Origin: Rhynchopus sp. YZ270_cl-10
Taxonomy: Eukaryota
DNA: 64,000 nt
Assembly (NCBI GenBank): GCA_964035575.1
Contig: OZ037839.1
Span: 558,001-622,000, forward strand
Direction of reading: 5' to 3'
The notes below the pieces were generated by a model. It searched no databases and was not told where the DNA came from. It was given only the letters and a program-made list of their open reading frames with translations. Position numbers and translations under genes: made by a program. Of the stretch, positions 1 to 10,800 are shown one piece after another. Each line of letters begins with the position of its first letter. Position 1 is the first letter of the stretch.

Positions 1-179
1 ACCGGGTGTACAATTGTACACACAAAAAATACCCGATTTTTTGGAAAAAACCAAAGGGGGGACCCTTTGGTCGTCGAAATTCCCCAGCCAAAATTGGTCG
101 CAAAATCGGCCGATTTTTCAAAAATCTCAAAAAAAAAAAAATCCCAAAAATTTTTTTTCACAAGTGTTTTTGAGGCCTG

Positions 180-900
180 TTCACTACACCCTAGGCACCC
201 TCCTGGGACCAAAAAGTCAAAAAAAGCAAGAATTGAGCTGTTTTGAGCATCTAGAGTTTATTCCCCAGCCATTTTCTGCACCACCAGTGCACTTTGTATG
301 GGCCAGCGCCTTGTCAAAAAATCGAAAAATCTCAAAAAAAAATTTTTTTTTTTCGGGAAAATTTCGACCCCTGAGTTGGGTTTTTGGGCACCAAAAAGTG
401 CAAAAAAACGCAAAAATCGGGTGTTTTGACGATCTGGGGGTAAACCATATGCATTATGCACCTTATGCATTACTACAGGGCCCACAATTTCGGCTTTTCC
501 TTAGCAAATTCCGCCACAATTTTTTTTTTTTTTCGATTTTGGCAAAGGCAAATCTCAGGCAAAAAGAAATCACCCCGATAATGGGTCCTTGGGTGTCCAA
601 AGATGCCAAAAACACAAAAAAAATTGATGTTTTGACCATCGGTGGGCACCTAAAACGCACTTTTCTGCCCAAAAAATGAATATCGATTTTTCTTAGCGTT
701 CTTATAGCCGTGATTTTTCAGTTTTTTTTCGCAAAGGTGAAAAAAAAATTCACCCAAAATAGTGGGTCCTTGGGAGACCAAAAACGCAAAAAAACGCAAC
801 ATTTTGGTGTTTTGACCCTTCAGAAGCACCCAAAACGCACTTTTGTGTACCAAAACACGCATATTTCACATTTCCTTAGCAATTCCTTTCACAAGTACAA
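180..900. repeat. Degenerate ~180-200 bp tandem repeat (about 4 units)
   Basis: A motif resembling CACCC..GGGTCCTTGGG..CCAAAAA..CAAAAAAA..TGTTTTGA recurs near 187, 367, 571 and 751. The ORFs here are low-complexity K/F-rich noise. Confidence 0.55.
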
Positions 901-1808
901 GGCGATTTTTGACCAGACAAAAAAATTTTTATTGCCCAAAAACGGGCGTGGTAGGCACCCGAAGTCATAAAATGGCCCAAAGAATCCAAAAAACCTCAGA
1001 AATACATGTTCGTGAATAAACATTTGCAAGTCAAAATTCAACCACAATACGGTCATTTTGTGCATACCCTGTAGCTGTAGTGGCTAGAGAACACGCATGC
1101 AGACCTGTTCCTTGCAATTTCCAGTGTTGTGTTTATCAATGCATGCATCCAGAGGACCTCTGGTTTGCGGAATCGTAGGCACTCCTGAGCAAAAATGAAA
1201 TCGGTTTTTGACCCAAAATCGGGGTGTGTGGGCCCTAATTTGCTCCAAATTTGGCCGAAAATTGGGATTTTTCTGAAAATTTCATTGTGCTCAGCAAAAA
1301 TCCTTGCTTTTTTGAAGAATTTTCCAAAAAATATGCTATACCCCCTATGACTGGACCCAACTCCCCTCACCCTTTTTTTTTTTCACCCAAAAGGGCCGGA
1401 AATTTTACACACGAATACACAAACTTACGGACCCCCCGGTGGCGGAGCACAAAAGAGGTAAAATGAAAAACATATCGGGTGGGGTCTCTGATCTAATCTG
1501 TGCGACGAATATATTTCCCCTAACACGCCATGTTTGGCCAGGGCCTCTCCAGCGCGTCAGTTGCAAAAGAAATTGTTATTTATCTTGTTCGCGTGCTGAA
1601 ATACGGGGGGGAGGTGGAGCAAAGGGGGAAGGGGAAAACGGTAAGACTCATGGTAACCGAAGAAAACACGTCTTTCATTTCCAGACGTATTGCATACTCG
1701 TACAAAAGAAAATTCGAAAACTCGAAAATTGTATTAACCCTTTATGACGAAGTGGTGAGAGGGTCACAGTCACAGCAGACAATCCCGAGGGACACTCATC
1801 CACGAACG

Positions 1809-2904
1809 CTATTGCGATTGCTCATCCCCCCTACTCGCTTCGGGGTACAGATGTCTTGTCAAAATGCCACCCGAGGACCGAAACACAACCACACGCGAAC
1901 ACGGCGATATCGCAAACGACACACTTGAGACATCCGGGATTATACGCACACAGGACATGGTCGCCACATCGTACTGGCGCAGCTGCTCCGCAGCAACCTT
2001 GACCACAAGGTACTTCCCACACGGGGTGAACTGCGTGTACCCATTATACCCCACATCATGCACATCAACACTGTGAAGAGCCACACCACTCCAAGCATAG
2101 AGCTGTACGCTGTTTCCTCCCTCCACAGCAAAGACAGAGGCAGACCGTGAAAGCGCCACTTGGAATTGACCCCCCGAAGGCACACATGCCACAGCTTCAC
2201 CTGTGTTCACATCCCACAGACAGGCGACCCCCATATAGGAGGAGGTGAGCACCCACCCACCACAGTCCGACACTGCCACATTCGCACACCACTCGTACGA
2301 GAGAGAGCGGAGCAGCGTCAGGTCTTCGTCATACACAGAGACACCGTCGTCACCCTGGGAGACAACAACACTGCCACAGACGAACACTGCTCTCGAGATG
2401 TCGTTGACTTTGCGGAGCACCTCCCCATCCGGAAGCGCAACCTTGAGAAAGTAATCCCCATACGGCACGTAGCAGTGTGTCTTGCACCGTGAGACGGCAG
2501 GTGCGCCTGCACATCTGTTGCTCACTGTGATTTGGAAGGCAGTGTCGAAGGTTTCTGTGTCCAAGCCACGAATATATGATGGGCTGCAGTAGAGGCACAG
2601 CGCTCCACAAGGAGACAACGAAAAGTATCCAAAGTTACTCTGTACACTGTACCCAGCAGGACACTTGATGTCGGCAAAGCGAGGGCAGGCAAGCACAACC
2701 TGCACCCCTGCATCAAACGCAGTGTCCTGCAGACAGGCACGTCCCCTCCAGCACCTCAGTGCCGATGCGCATCTCGACAGACGCAGGCGAGACAGCAAGC
2801 GCCGTGCACGCAACCTCCTTTGCCGCTGCAGCGTTTGCCTCGCACGGCACCTCCACTGTCGCAGTCACGCCTGACTCTTCCAGCACAAAGGTCACATCCA
2901 TCAT
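1809..2904 (-). pseudogene. Ubl-domain + WD40/beta-propeller-like protein, frameshifted copy
   Basis: ORF 2713-2904 (MDVTFVLEESG...) and ORF 1809-2813 (...LQDTAFDAG...) together match the paralog at 13776-14858. There is one extra A at ~2735 (agacaggcac vs agacggcac in the paralog). Confidence 0.75.
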
Positions 2905-3702
2905 ATTGTTAAGGGGTCTGTTGTGTTTGATGTGATGGTTGGTGGTGTCATTTCACAACAACAAATAAGGTTGGTTAAATAGGCGTTTCAACAAACTCTG
3001 ACGAAGTAAGCAATTTGAAGAGACCCTGCAACACAGGAGATGTGTGCCAAAAGAAACCTCAGGACCTGCCATGACAACGCTAGCGACGACCGCCAGGCAG
3101 AACGCAAAGCAAAAGTGGGTATGGATATCGGAGACTTTTTTTTTGAAAAAAGGTGTCGTTGAGAAAAACAAACAACGTGTGTGAAAAAACGAGTGCGTTT
3201 CTCTTCGCGTGATAGTTTGTGGAGTATAAAACATTATGAAAAAAGCTCGTTGCATTCCCACTGTCATTTCCGCTGCGTTCCCACTACGTTTCCACTATAA
3301 GAAAAGTGAAGTTGATAGTGCAAACGCCTCTGGGACGCAGGCACTGACACTCCGTGAAATAATAAAAACCCCTTGCATATTTTGCTTAGTTAGTACGCTA
3401 CGTCACGCTCAAAAAAAAAGAGTTGACCGAAATACAAAGCCATCTCATGGACAAAAAACACATCATAAATATTGTTTGCTGTGTGTAGTGCGACATCAAC
3501 TGAATGAGCAACTCCTACAGGTAAGATGGGCATTCTGTTTCAAATAAAACTGCCAAAATCGCATTTCATTCGACCTGCCCCAGCACACCTCGCACATCAC
3601 CCACACGAGGGATACCATCAGCCGCTTCCCCTCCAGATGATCACACACACCACACCAACGACACCTACCCCAGTCCGTCCCAACACCCCTGTCCGGTGCA
3701 GC

Positions 3703-4692
3703 CTAGCCGATGATGCAGGTACGGCCTGGGGACTTCTGTTTGTGCTTTCCGGGCACACTGCGGGTGACGACATTGCACGCTCCGGTGAGGTTGACGTCGG
3801 TGCATTGGTTGCTGTGCTTGAGGAAGTCCTTGCCCACATACGTGACACTACTCCACCCGGATAAGTCTAGCGTCTCAAGAGATCCGCAAGTATTAACAAA
3901 GCAGTCCCCAACGTAGTCAAGCTTTGACATCCCTGAGAGGTCAAGACGCCGCAGTTCGCTGCAGTTGAAAACAAAGTTGTTCTCAATGTCGTGCACACTC
4001 GTCATGGCGGAGAGGTCCAGCGTTGTGAGCTTCGTACAGCTGTAGAGAAAGTTTCTTTCAATGTACGTGACGTTGCTGAACCCTGATACATTGAGCGCAG
4101 TCAGCGCGACGCAGCAGTTGAGGAACCAGCTGCCGATCCGCGTCACCTTCGTCATCGCGGAAAGGTCTAATTCCTTCAGCTTCATGCAGTTGGAGAGGAA
4201 TTCCTCGCCTATCTCCGCGACATTTCTAAACCCTGACACATCAAGAGATGTAAGATGGGTACAGTTGCTGAGAAAGCTGCCCTCAATTTTCGTCACAATC
4301 GACACAGCGCTGAGATCAAGTGCAGTCAGGGAAGTACTATTTAACAAAAACCCCTTCGGAACCGTCGTCGTAACCTCCGCCTGCAGAAGCAAACACGCCA
4401 CCTTTGGGCTTACCGTCACAAAGAGTCGCTCTGCTGTGATGTCCTGCACACCCAGTGCATGAAGTGCTGTGATGGCTTTGTATTTCTGCGTTTTCGCCAA
4501 CACGACAGAGTCTCCAGCACTCAGCTGCGTGATGTCCTCTCCTTCCTCCTTCCCTCCGAAGCCCATATGAAAGCTGTCTTCGCACAACCCTGTTGCAGAC
4601 GCCACCTTCTCCCGCATCGTCTCCGTTGTGTCATCCTCACCCACCTCAATCACGTACTTCTCTTCTCCAAACCCCTGAACAGTCAGTTCCAT
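3703..4692 (-). CDS. Ubl-LRR protein copy 1 (329 aa; BspA-like 25-aa LRRs; C-terminal CIIG)
   Basis: The N-terminus has a ubiquitin-like pattern (MELTVQ..IEV..DT..KVA..G..F.G), followed by LxxLDLSxxxxVxxIxxxFLxxC repeats. Intact ORF, conserved across four copies. Confidence 0.88.
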   Translation of the reverse strand: MELTVQGFGEEKYVIEVGEDDTTETMREKVASATGLCEDSFHMGFGGKEEGEDITQLSAGDSVVLAKTQKYKAITALHALGVQDITAERLFVTVSPKVACLLLQAEVTTTVPKGFLLNSTSLTALDLSAVSIVTKIEGSFLSNCTHLTSLDVSGFRNVAEIGEEFLSNCMKLKELDLSAMTKVTRIGSWFLNCCVALTALNVSGFSNVTYIERNFLYSCTKLTTLDLSAMTSVHDIENNFVFNCSELRRLDLSGMSKLDYVGDCFVNTCGSLETLDLSGWSSVTYVGKDFLKHSNQCTDVNLTGACNVVTRSVPGKHKQKSPGRTCIIG

Positions 4693-5232
4693 TTTGTGTC
4701 TCTCTTCTGTTGGTGTTGTGGAGTGAGAGACTATATCAGGTCTGAAAATGGAAAAGCTGCCGCCAAAAATTTGAAGAAAACAATGAAGAAAAGTTTAGAA
4801 GATGACCCTAAGCCTAGCCACCTTGCAAAAAAAAGGGGGAGTAGCGTTGTAATACAAATAACAAGGGGAGTTTGCATGCTTAACAAAAAAAGTGAAGTTG
4901 ATAGTGCAAACGCCTCGGGGACGCAGGCACTGACACTCTGCAAAAATAGAAACTACCTTCAGGTTCTGAATAAAAAGAACACAATAAAAAACAACTTTTT
5001 TCGTTTATTCGTCCGCAAACTTGATGTGTTTTTTCGCTGAACTCCTACAGGTAAGATGGGCATTCTGTTTCAAATAAAACCGCCAAAATCGCATTTCATT
5101 CGACCTGCCCCAGCACACCTCACATAACACCCACACGAGGGATACCATCAGCCGCTTCCCCTCCAGATGATCACACACACCACACCAACGACACCTACCC
5201 CAGTCCGTCCCAACACCCCTGTCCGGTGCAGC

Positions 5233-6222
5233 CTAGCCGATGACGCAGGTACAGCCTGGGGACCTCTGTTTGCAGGTTCGGGGCACACTGCGGGTGACGA
5301 CATTGCACGCTCCGGTGAGGTTGACGTCGGTGCATTGGTTGCTGTGCTTGAGGAAGTCCTTGCCCACATACGTGACACTACTCCACCCGGATAAGTCTAG
5401 CGTCTCAAGAGATCCACAAATATTAACAAAGCCGTCCCCAACGCAGTCAAGCTTTGACATCCCTGAGAGGTCAAGACGCCGCAGTTCGCTGCAGTTGAAA
5501 GCAAAGTTCCCTTCGATGTCGTGCACACTCGTCATGGCGGAGAGGTCCAGCGTTGTGAGCTCCGTACAGCTGTAGAGAAAGTTTCTTTCAATGTACGTGA
5601 CGTTGCTGAACCCTGATACATTGAGCGCAGTCAGCGCGACGCAGCAGTTGAGGAACCGGCAGCCGATCCGCGTCACCTTCGTCATAGCCGAGAGGTCTAA
5701 TTCCTTCAGTTTCCTGCATTCTGAGACGAATTCCTCGCCTATCTCCGTGACGTTGCTAAGCCCTGACACATCAAGAGATGTCAGATGGTCACAGTTGCTG
5801 AGAAAGCTGCCCTCAGTTTTCGTCACAATCGACACAGCGCTGAGATCAAGTGCAGTCATAGAAGTATTATTATACAAAAACCCCTTCGGAACCGTCGTCG
5901 TAACCTCCGCCTGCAGAAGCAAACACGCCACCCTTGGGCAAACCGTAAAAAAGAGTCGCTCTACTATGATGTCCCGCACACCCAGTGCATGAAGTGCTGT
6001 GATGGCTTTGTATTTCTGCGTTTTCGTCAGTAAGACTACGTCTCCAGCACTCAGCTGCGTGATGTCCTCTCCTTCCTCCTTCCCTCCGAAGCCCATATGA
6101 AAGCTGTCTTCGCACAACCCTGTTGCAGACGCCACCTTCTCCCGCATCGTCTCCGTTGTGTCGTTCTCACCCACCTCAATCACGTACTTCTCTTCTCCAA
6201 AACCCTGAACAGTCAGTTCCAT
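5233..6222 (-). CDS. Ubl-LRR protein copy 2 (329 aa; C-terminal CVIG)
   Basis: Tandem paralog 1530 bp from copy 1, same length and architecture. Confidence 0.88.
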   Translation of the reverse strand: MELTVQGFGEEKYVIEVGENDTTETMREKVASATGLCEDSFHMGFGGKEEGEDITQLSAGDVVLLTKTQKYKAITALHALGVRDIIVERLFFTVCPRVACLLLQAEVTTTVPKGFLYNNTSMTALDLSAVSIVTKTEGSFLSNCDHLTSLDVSGLSNVTEIGEEFVSECRKLKELDLSAMTKVTRIGCRFLNCCVALTALNVSGFSNVTYIERNFLYSCTELTTLDLSAMTSVHDIEGNFAFNCSELRRLDLSGMSKLDCVGDGFVNICGSLETLDLSGWSSVTYVGKDFLKHSNQCTDVNLTGACNVVTRSVPRTCKQRSPGCTCVIG

Positions 6223-6778
6223 TTTGTGTCTCTCTTCTGTTGGTGTTGTGGAGTGAGAGACTATATCAGGTGTGAAAATGGAAAAGCTGCCGCCAAAAAT
6301 TTGAAGAAAACAATGAAGAAATCGTTATAAAGATGACCCTAAGCTTAGCCACCTTGCAAAAAAAAGGGGGAGTAGCGTTGTAATACAAATAACAAGGGGA
6401 GTTTGCATGCTTAACAAAAAAAGTGAAGTTGATAGTGCAAACGCCTCTACGTTTCTATTTCCTATTGTCAAGTACCTTGATGTACAACAAAAAAAGAGTT
6501 GACTGAAATACAAAGCCATCTCATGGACAAAAAACAGATCCTAAATATTTTTTGCTGTGTGTAGTGCGACATCAACTGAATGAGCAACTCCTACAGGTAA
6601 GATGGGCATTCTGTTTCAAATAAAACCGCCAAAATCGCATTTCATTCGACCTGCCCCAGCACACCTCACATAACACCCACACGAGGGACACCATCAGCCG
6701 CTTCCCCTCCAGATGATCACACACACCACACCAACGACACCTACCCCAGTCCGTCCCAACACCTCTGTCCGGTGCAGC

Positions 6779-7768
6779 CTAGCCGATGATGCAGGTACAG
6801 CCTGGGGACTTCTGTTTGTGCTTTCCGGGCACACTGCGGGTGACGACATTGCACGCTCCGGTGAGGTTGACGTCGGTGCATTGGTTGCTGTGCTTGAGGA
6901 AGTCCTTGCCCACATACGTGACACTACTCCACCCGGATAAGTCTAGCGTCTCAAGAGATCCGCAAATATTAACAAAGCAGTCCCCAACGTAGTCAAGCTT
7001 TGACATCCCTGAGAGGTCAAGACGCCGCAGTTCGCTGCAGTTGAAAGCAAAGTTCCTCTCAATGTCGTGCACATTCGTCATGGCGGAGAGATCCAGCGAC
7101 ACCAGTTCCATGCAGTTGCAGAGAAAGTTCCTTTCAATGTACGTGACGTTGCTGAACCCTGATACGTCGAGGGCAGTCAGCGCGACGCAGCAGTTGAGGA
7201 ACCAGCCGCCTATCCGCGTCACCTTCGTCATAGCCGAGAGGTCTAATTTCTTCAGCTTCACGCATTTTGAAAGGAAGTCCTCGCCTATCTCCGTGACGTT
7301 GCTAAAGCCTGACACATCAAGAGACGTCAGATGGGTACAGTTGCTGAGAAAGCTGCCCTCAATTTTCGTCACAATCGACACAGCGCTGAGATCAAGTACA
7401 GTCAGAGAAAAACTGTCTATCAAAAACCCCTTCAGAACCGTCGTCGTAACCTCCGCCTGCAGAAGCAAACACGCCACCTTTGGGCTTACCGTCACAAAGA
7501 GTCGCTCTGCTGTGATGTCCTGCACACCCAGTGCATGAAGTGCTGTGATGGCTTTGTATTTCTGCGTTTTCGTCAGTAAGACTACGTCTCCAGCACTCAG
7601 CTGCGTGATGTCCTCTCCTTCCTCCTTCCCTCCGAAGCCCATGTGGAAGCTGTCTTCGCACAACCCTGTTGCAGACGCCACCTTCTCCCGCATCGTCTCC
7701 GTTGTGTCATCCTCACCCACCTCAATCACGTACTTCTCTTCTCCAAAACCCTGAACAGTCAGTTCCAT
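6779..7768 (-). CDS. Ubl-LRR protein copy 3 (329 aa; C-terminal CIIG)
   Basis: Tandem paralog 1546 bp from copy 2. Confidence 0.88.
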   Translation of the reverse strand: MELTVQGFGEEKYVIEVGEDDTTETMREKVASATGLCEDSFHMGFGGKEEGEDITQLSAGDVVLLTKTQKYKAITALHALGVQDITAERLFVTVSPKVACLLLQAEVTTTVLKGFLIDSFSLTVLDLSAVSIVTKIEGSFLSNCTHLTSLDVSGFSNVTEIGEDFLSKCVKLKKLDLSAMTKVTRIGGWFLNCCVALTALDVSGFSNVTYIERNFLCNCMELVSLDLSAMTNVHDIERNFAFNCSELRRLDLSGMSKLDYVGDCFVNICGSLETLDLSGWSSVTYVGKDFLKHSNQCTDVNLTGACNVVTRSVPGKHKQKSPGCTCIIG

Positions 7769-8254
7769 TTTGTGTCTCTCTTCTGTTGGTGTTGTGGGGT
7801 GGGAGACTATATCAGGTGTGAAAATGGAAAAGCTGCCGCCAAAAATTTGACGAAAACAATGAAGAAATGGTTATAAAGATGACCCTAAGCCTAGCCACCT
7901 TGCAAAAATAAAAGGGGGGGAAGCAAAGTAGTAGCGTTTAAAAAGAAGAAGAGAGGAGCTTGCAGCATTTTGTATTACCCAGGTTAGTGTCTCTGTTATC
8001 ATCTTAGTATTTTTTCTTCGTTTTTGTTTTTCTTTTTTTGATAAATTGTTGAAGTAAAATAGTCTCAGTTGTGTTGCCACTGTTGGTGCAATCTCCACTT
8101 TTTATTTTGTTGGGAATCTGTTGTTTTAGCGGAGCTGTCTTTTTTTCAGTTTTTCACTATTTCGATACATCGCGGTGTTCGCTCTTTGAGATCCAAGCAC
8201 AGAGAGGATGGCGCAATCTCTCTTTCATGCATATCCCTCACGGAGTGAAAGGGA

Positions 8255-8988
8255 ATAACTATTTATCTGGTGAAATAAAGTGCACTTTATTTCACGAGTG
8301 AGTGGATCTGCAGATTTGCGTACTTTTCGTGACGAGCGAAGCGAGTCACGAAAAGTATTCATTTTAACGAGCGCAGCGAGTTCAAATGAGAATGCAAATC
8401 TGCAGATCCACTCACGAGTTAAATGAAGTGCGCTTTATTTCACCAGATACGAGATTTTATCTGCCGGTGAAATAAACGAGTGCAAATTCGCGATATTTGG
8501 CTGTGCGGAAGAGTGAAATTAATATGGCCTTTATTTCACGAAAGTTTGGCCTACAATTACCGGCAGAGCGAGGTAAAGTGATAATAAGCAAAGGGTATCA
8601 CACAAAATGTTCCTCGCGCAGGGATGTTGTCCTCTTCATGTCCGAAAACGAAAGGAACTCAGTCCATTTCGTGCGTGGCGCATACCAGCTGTATCTCGGA
8701 GAGCTAGGAGTGTATCTCCTGCATCTGGTCCTTCTTTGAACGGGTCATTGTTTTGATAGGTGGAAAAGTGTGGGTAAAATGAAGTATTTGTAGTCACTGA
8801 TCATTGAGTTTATTTCACTCTCCCGATCATTTTAGGCCAAACTACTTTTTTTCACTCTTTTCCCACTTTATTTCACTCTCCCGGGTAACTGTAGGCCAAA
8901 CTTGAGTGAAATAAAGACCATATTATTTCACTCTTCCGCACAGCCAAAATCGCGAATTTGCACGAGAACTTTATTTCACTAGGTAGAT
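8255..8988. mobile_element. Foldback insertion: T-shaped hairpin plus long inverted repeat
   Basis: Absent from the duplicated copy, whose empty site aagggaaaacaaac is at ~11301-11314. Stem 8264-8449 has two arms capped by GCGAAGC (8336) and GCGCAGC (8371). A second IR pairs ~8457-8580 with ~8865-8990. Confidence 0.8.
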
Positions 8989-9533
8989 AAAACAAACATT
9001 TTCATTTATTTTTTGTTATGTCAACATCTCACCAAAGCACCCATTGTGGTAGGAAACTTCTGTCTGCCCTCCCTCCCTCTTTTTCTCTTTCTTTGTTGTG
9101 TCGACAACCGCCTGCTTGGAACCCTTTTTTGCTTGACTTGAGACTCGTTCAACGAAATAATACATAAAATTAGTTTCACCGTTTCGTTCACGACATCCGT
9201 TCGTTTTGACCACCCCCGTGAGTAAAAAAAAAATGTAAATTAGGACAGAAACAAGGTACTCGACGCCCTCACCCCCACCCCCACACACTCGCCCTTTTTG
9301 TAAAGGCACAAAAGCTGTTAGAATACTCTAAGTGTCTACCAACAAATATTGTTTAGTTTTAGACAGGAAAGACCTGCCACTGGTATTTGAAAAATAAAAT
9401 TTGTACATGCCACTCACATTTTTTTTACAACCACATTGGCAGCTTCTTTTTACTGTAAACTCCTGCCACACTGCCATTTGTGGCATTCAGTTTGGTTATT
9501 TTGCATACCCACAATGACTATGTATCTTTGTAT

Positions 9534-9693
9534 CCACGGTGGACCTAGTCAGGGAGGACTGCTATCGTGGAAGTACTAGTTATGACGGCCACTGCTAAAC
9601 TAGTAGTGTTCCTGGTATAATACTAGTCGTGAAACAGTAGTCATTTGGACCAGTAGTACTACTGGTAGTCCCCCTGATTAGGTCCGCCGTATA
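9534..9693. mobile_element. Small TIR element (ACTAGT-rich MITE-like family)
   Basis: Ends cacggtggacctagtcaggg / ccctgattaggtccgccgt are inverted. Related copies at ~11838-11999 and ~51719-51876. Confidence 0.55.
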
Positions 9694-9810
9694 TCCCCCC
9701 ACACATCCCAGCTATATTTTTTGCCATCTTTACTTTTTTTTACAAAAAATTCTAAACACCCCGTCCCTTAGTTTACTTCCCCGACGTCGAACACCCCTGT
9801 CCGGTGCAGC

Positions 9811-10800
9811 CTAGCCGATGACGCAGGTACGGCCTGGGGACTTCTGTTTGTGCTTTCCGGGCACACTGCGGGTGACAACATTGCACGCTGCGGTGAGGTT
9901 GACGTCGGTGCATTGGTTGCTGTGCTTGAGGAAGTCCTTGCCCACATACGTGACACTACTCCACCCGGATAAGTCTAGCGTCTCAAGAGATCCGCAAGTA
10001 TTAACAAAGCATTCCCCAACGCAGTCAAGCTTTGACATCCCTGAGAGGCCAAGACGCCGCAGTTCGCTGCAGTTGAAAGCAAAGTTCCTCTCAATGTCGT
10101 GCACATTCGTCATGGCGGAGAGGTCGAGCATTGTGAGCTCCGTACACCTGTAGAGAAAGTTTCTTTCAATGTACGTGACGTTGCTGAACCCTGATACATT
10201 GAGCGCAGTCAGCGCGACGCAGCAGCTGAGGAACCAGCTGCCGATCCGCGTCACCTTCGTCATCGCAGAAAGGTCCAATTCCTTCAGTTTCCTGCATTCT
10301 GAAAGGAAGTCCTCACCTATCTCCGTGACGTTGCTAAGCCCTGACACATCAAGAGACGTCAAATTGTCACAGCCGCTGAGAAATCTGCCCTCAATTTTCG
10401 TCACAATTGACACAGCGCTGAGATCAAGTGCAGTCAGAGAAAAATTATCTAACAAAAACCCTTTCAGAACCGTCGTCGTAACCTCCGCCTGCAGAAGCAA
10501 ACACGCCACCTTTGGGCTTACCGTCACAAAGAGTCGCTCTAATGTGACGTCCTGCACACCCAGTGCATGAAGTGCTGTGATGGCTTTGTATTTCTGCGTT
10601 TTCGCCAACACGACAGAGTCTCCAGCACTCAGCTGCGTGATGTCCTCTCCTTCCTCCTTCCCTCCGAAGCCCATATGAAAGCTGTCCTCAGCCAACCCCG
10701 CTGCAGACGCCACCTTCTGCCGCATCGTCTCCGTTGTGTCATCCTCACCCACCTCAATCACGTACTTCTCTTCTCCAAAACCCTGAACAGTCAGTTCCAT
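9811..10800 (-). CDS. Ubl-LRR protein copy 4 (329 aa; C-terminal CVIG)
   Basis: Paralog of copies 1-3, part of a segmental duplication with its upstream region. Confidence 0.88.
   Translation of the reverse strand: MELTVQGFGEEKYVIEVGEDDTTETMRQKVASAAGLAEDSFHMGFGGKEEGEDITQLSAGDSVVLAKTQKYKAITALHALGVQDVTLERLFVTVSPKVACLLLQAEVTTTVLKGFLLDNFSLTALDLSAVSIVTKIEGRFLSGCDNLTSLDVSGLSNVTEIGEDFLSECRKLKELDLSAMTKVTRIGSWFLSCCVALTALNVSGFSNVTYIERNFLYRCTELTMLDLSAMTNVHDIERNFAFNCSELRRLGLSGMSKLDCVGECFVNTCGSLETLDLSGWSSVTYVGKDFLKHSNQCTDVNLTAACNVVTRSVPGKHKQKSPGRTCVIG

Noticed and set aside
14..1466. K/F-rich ORFs
   Set aside because: They arise from A/T homopolymer tracts in repeat DNA.
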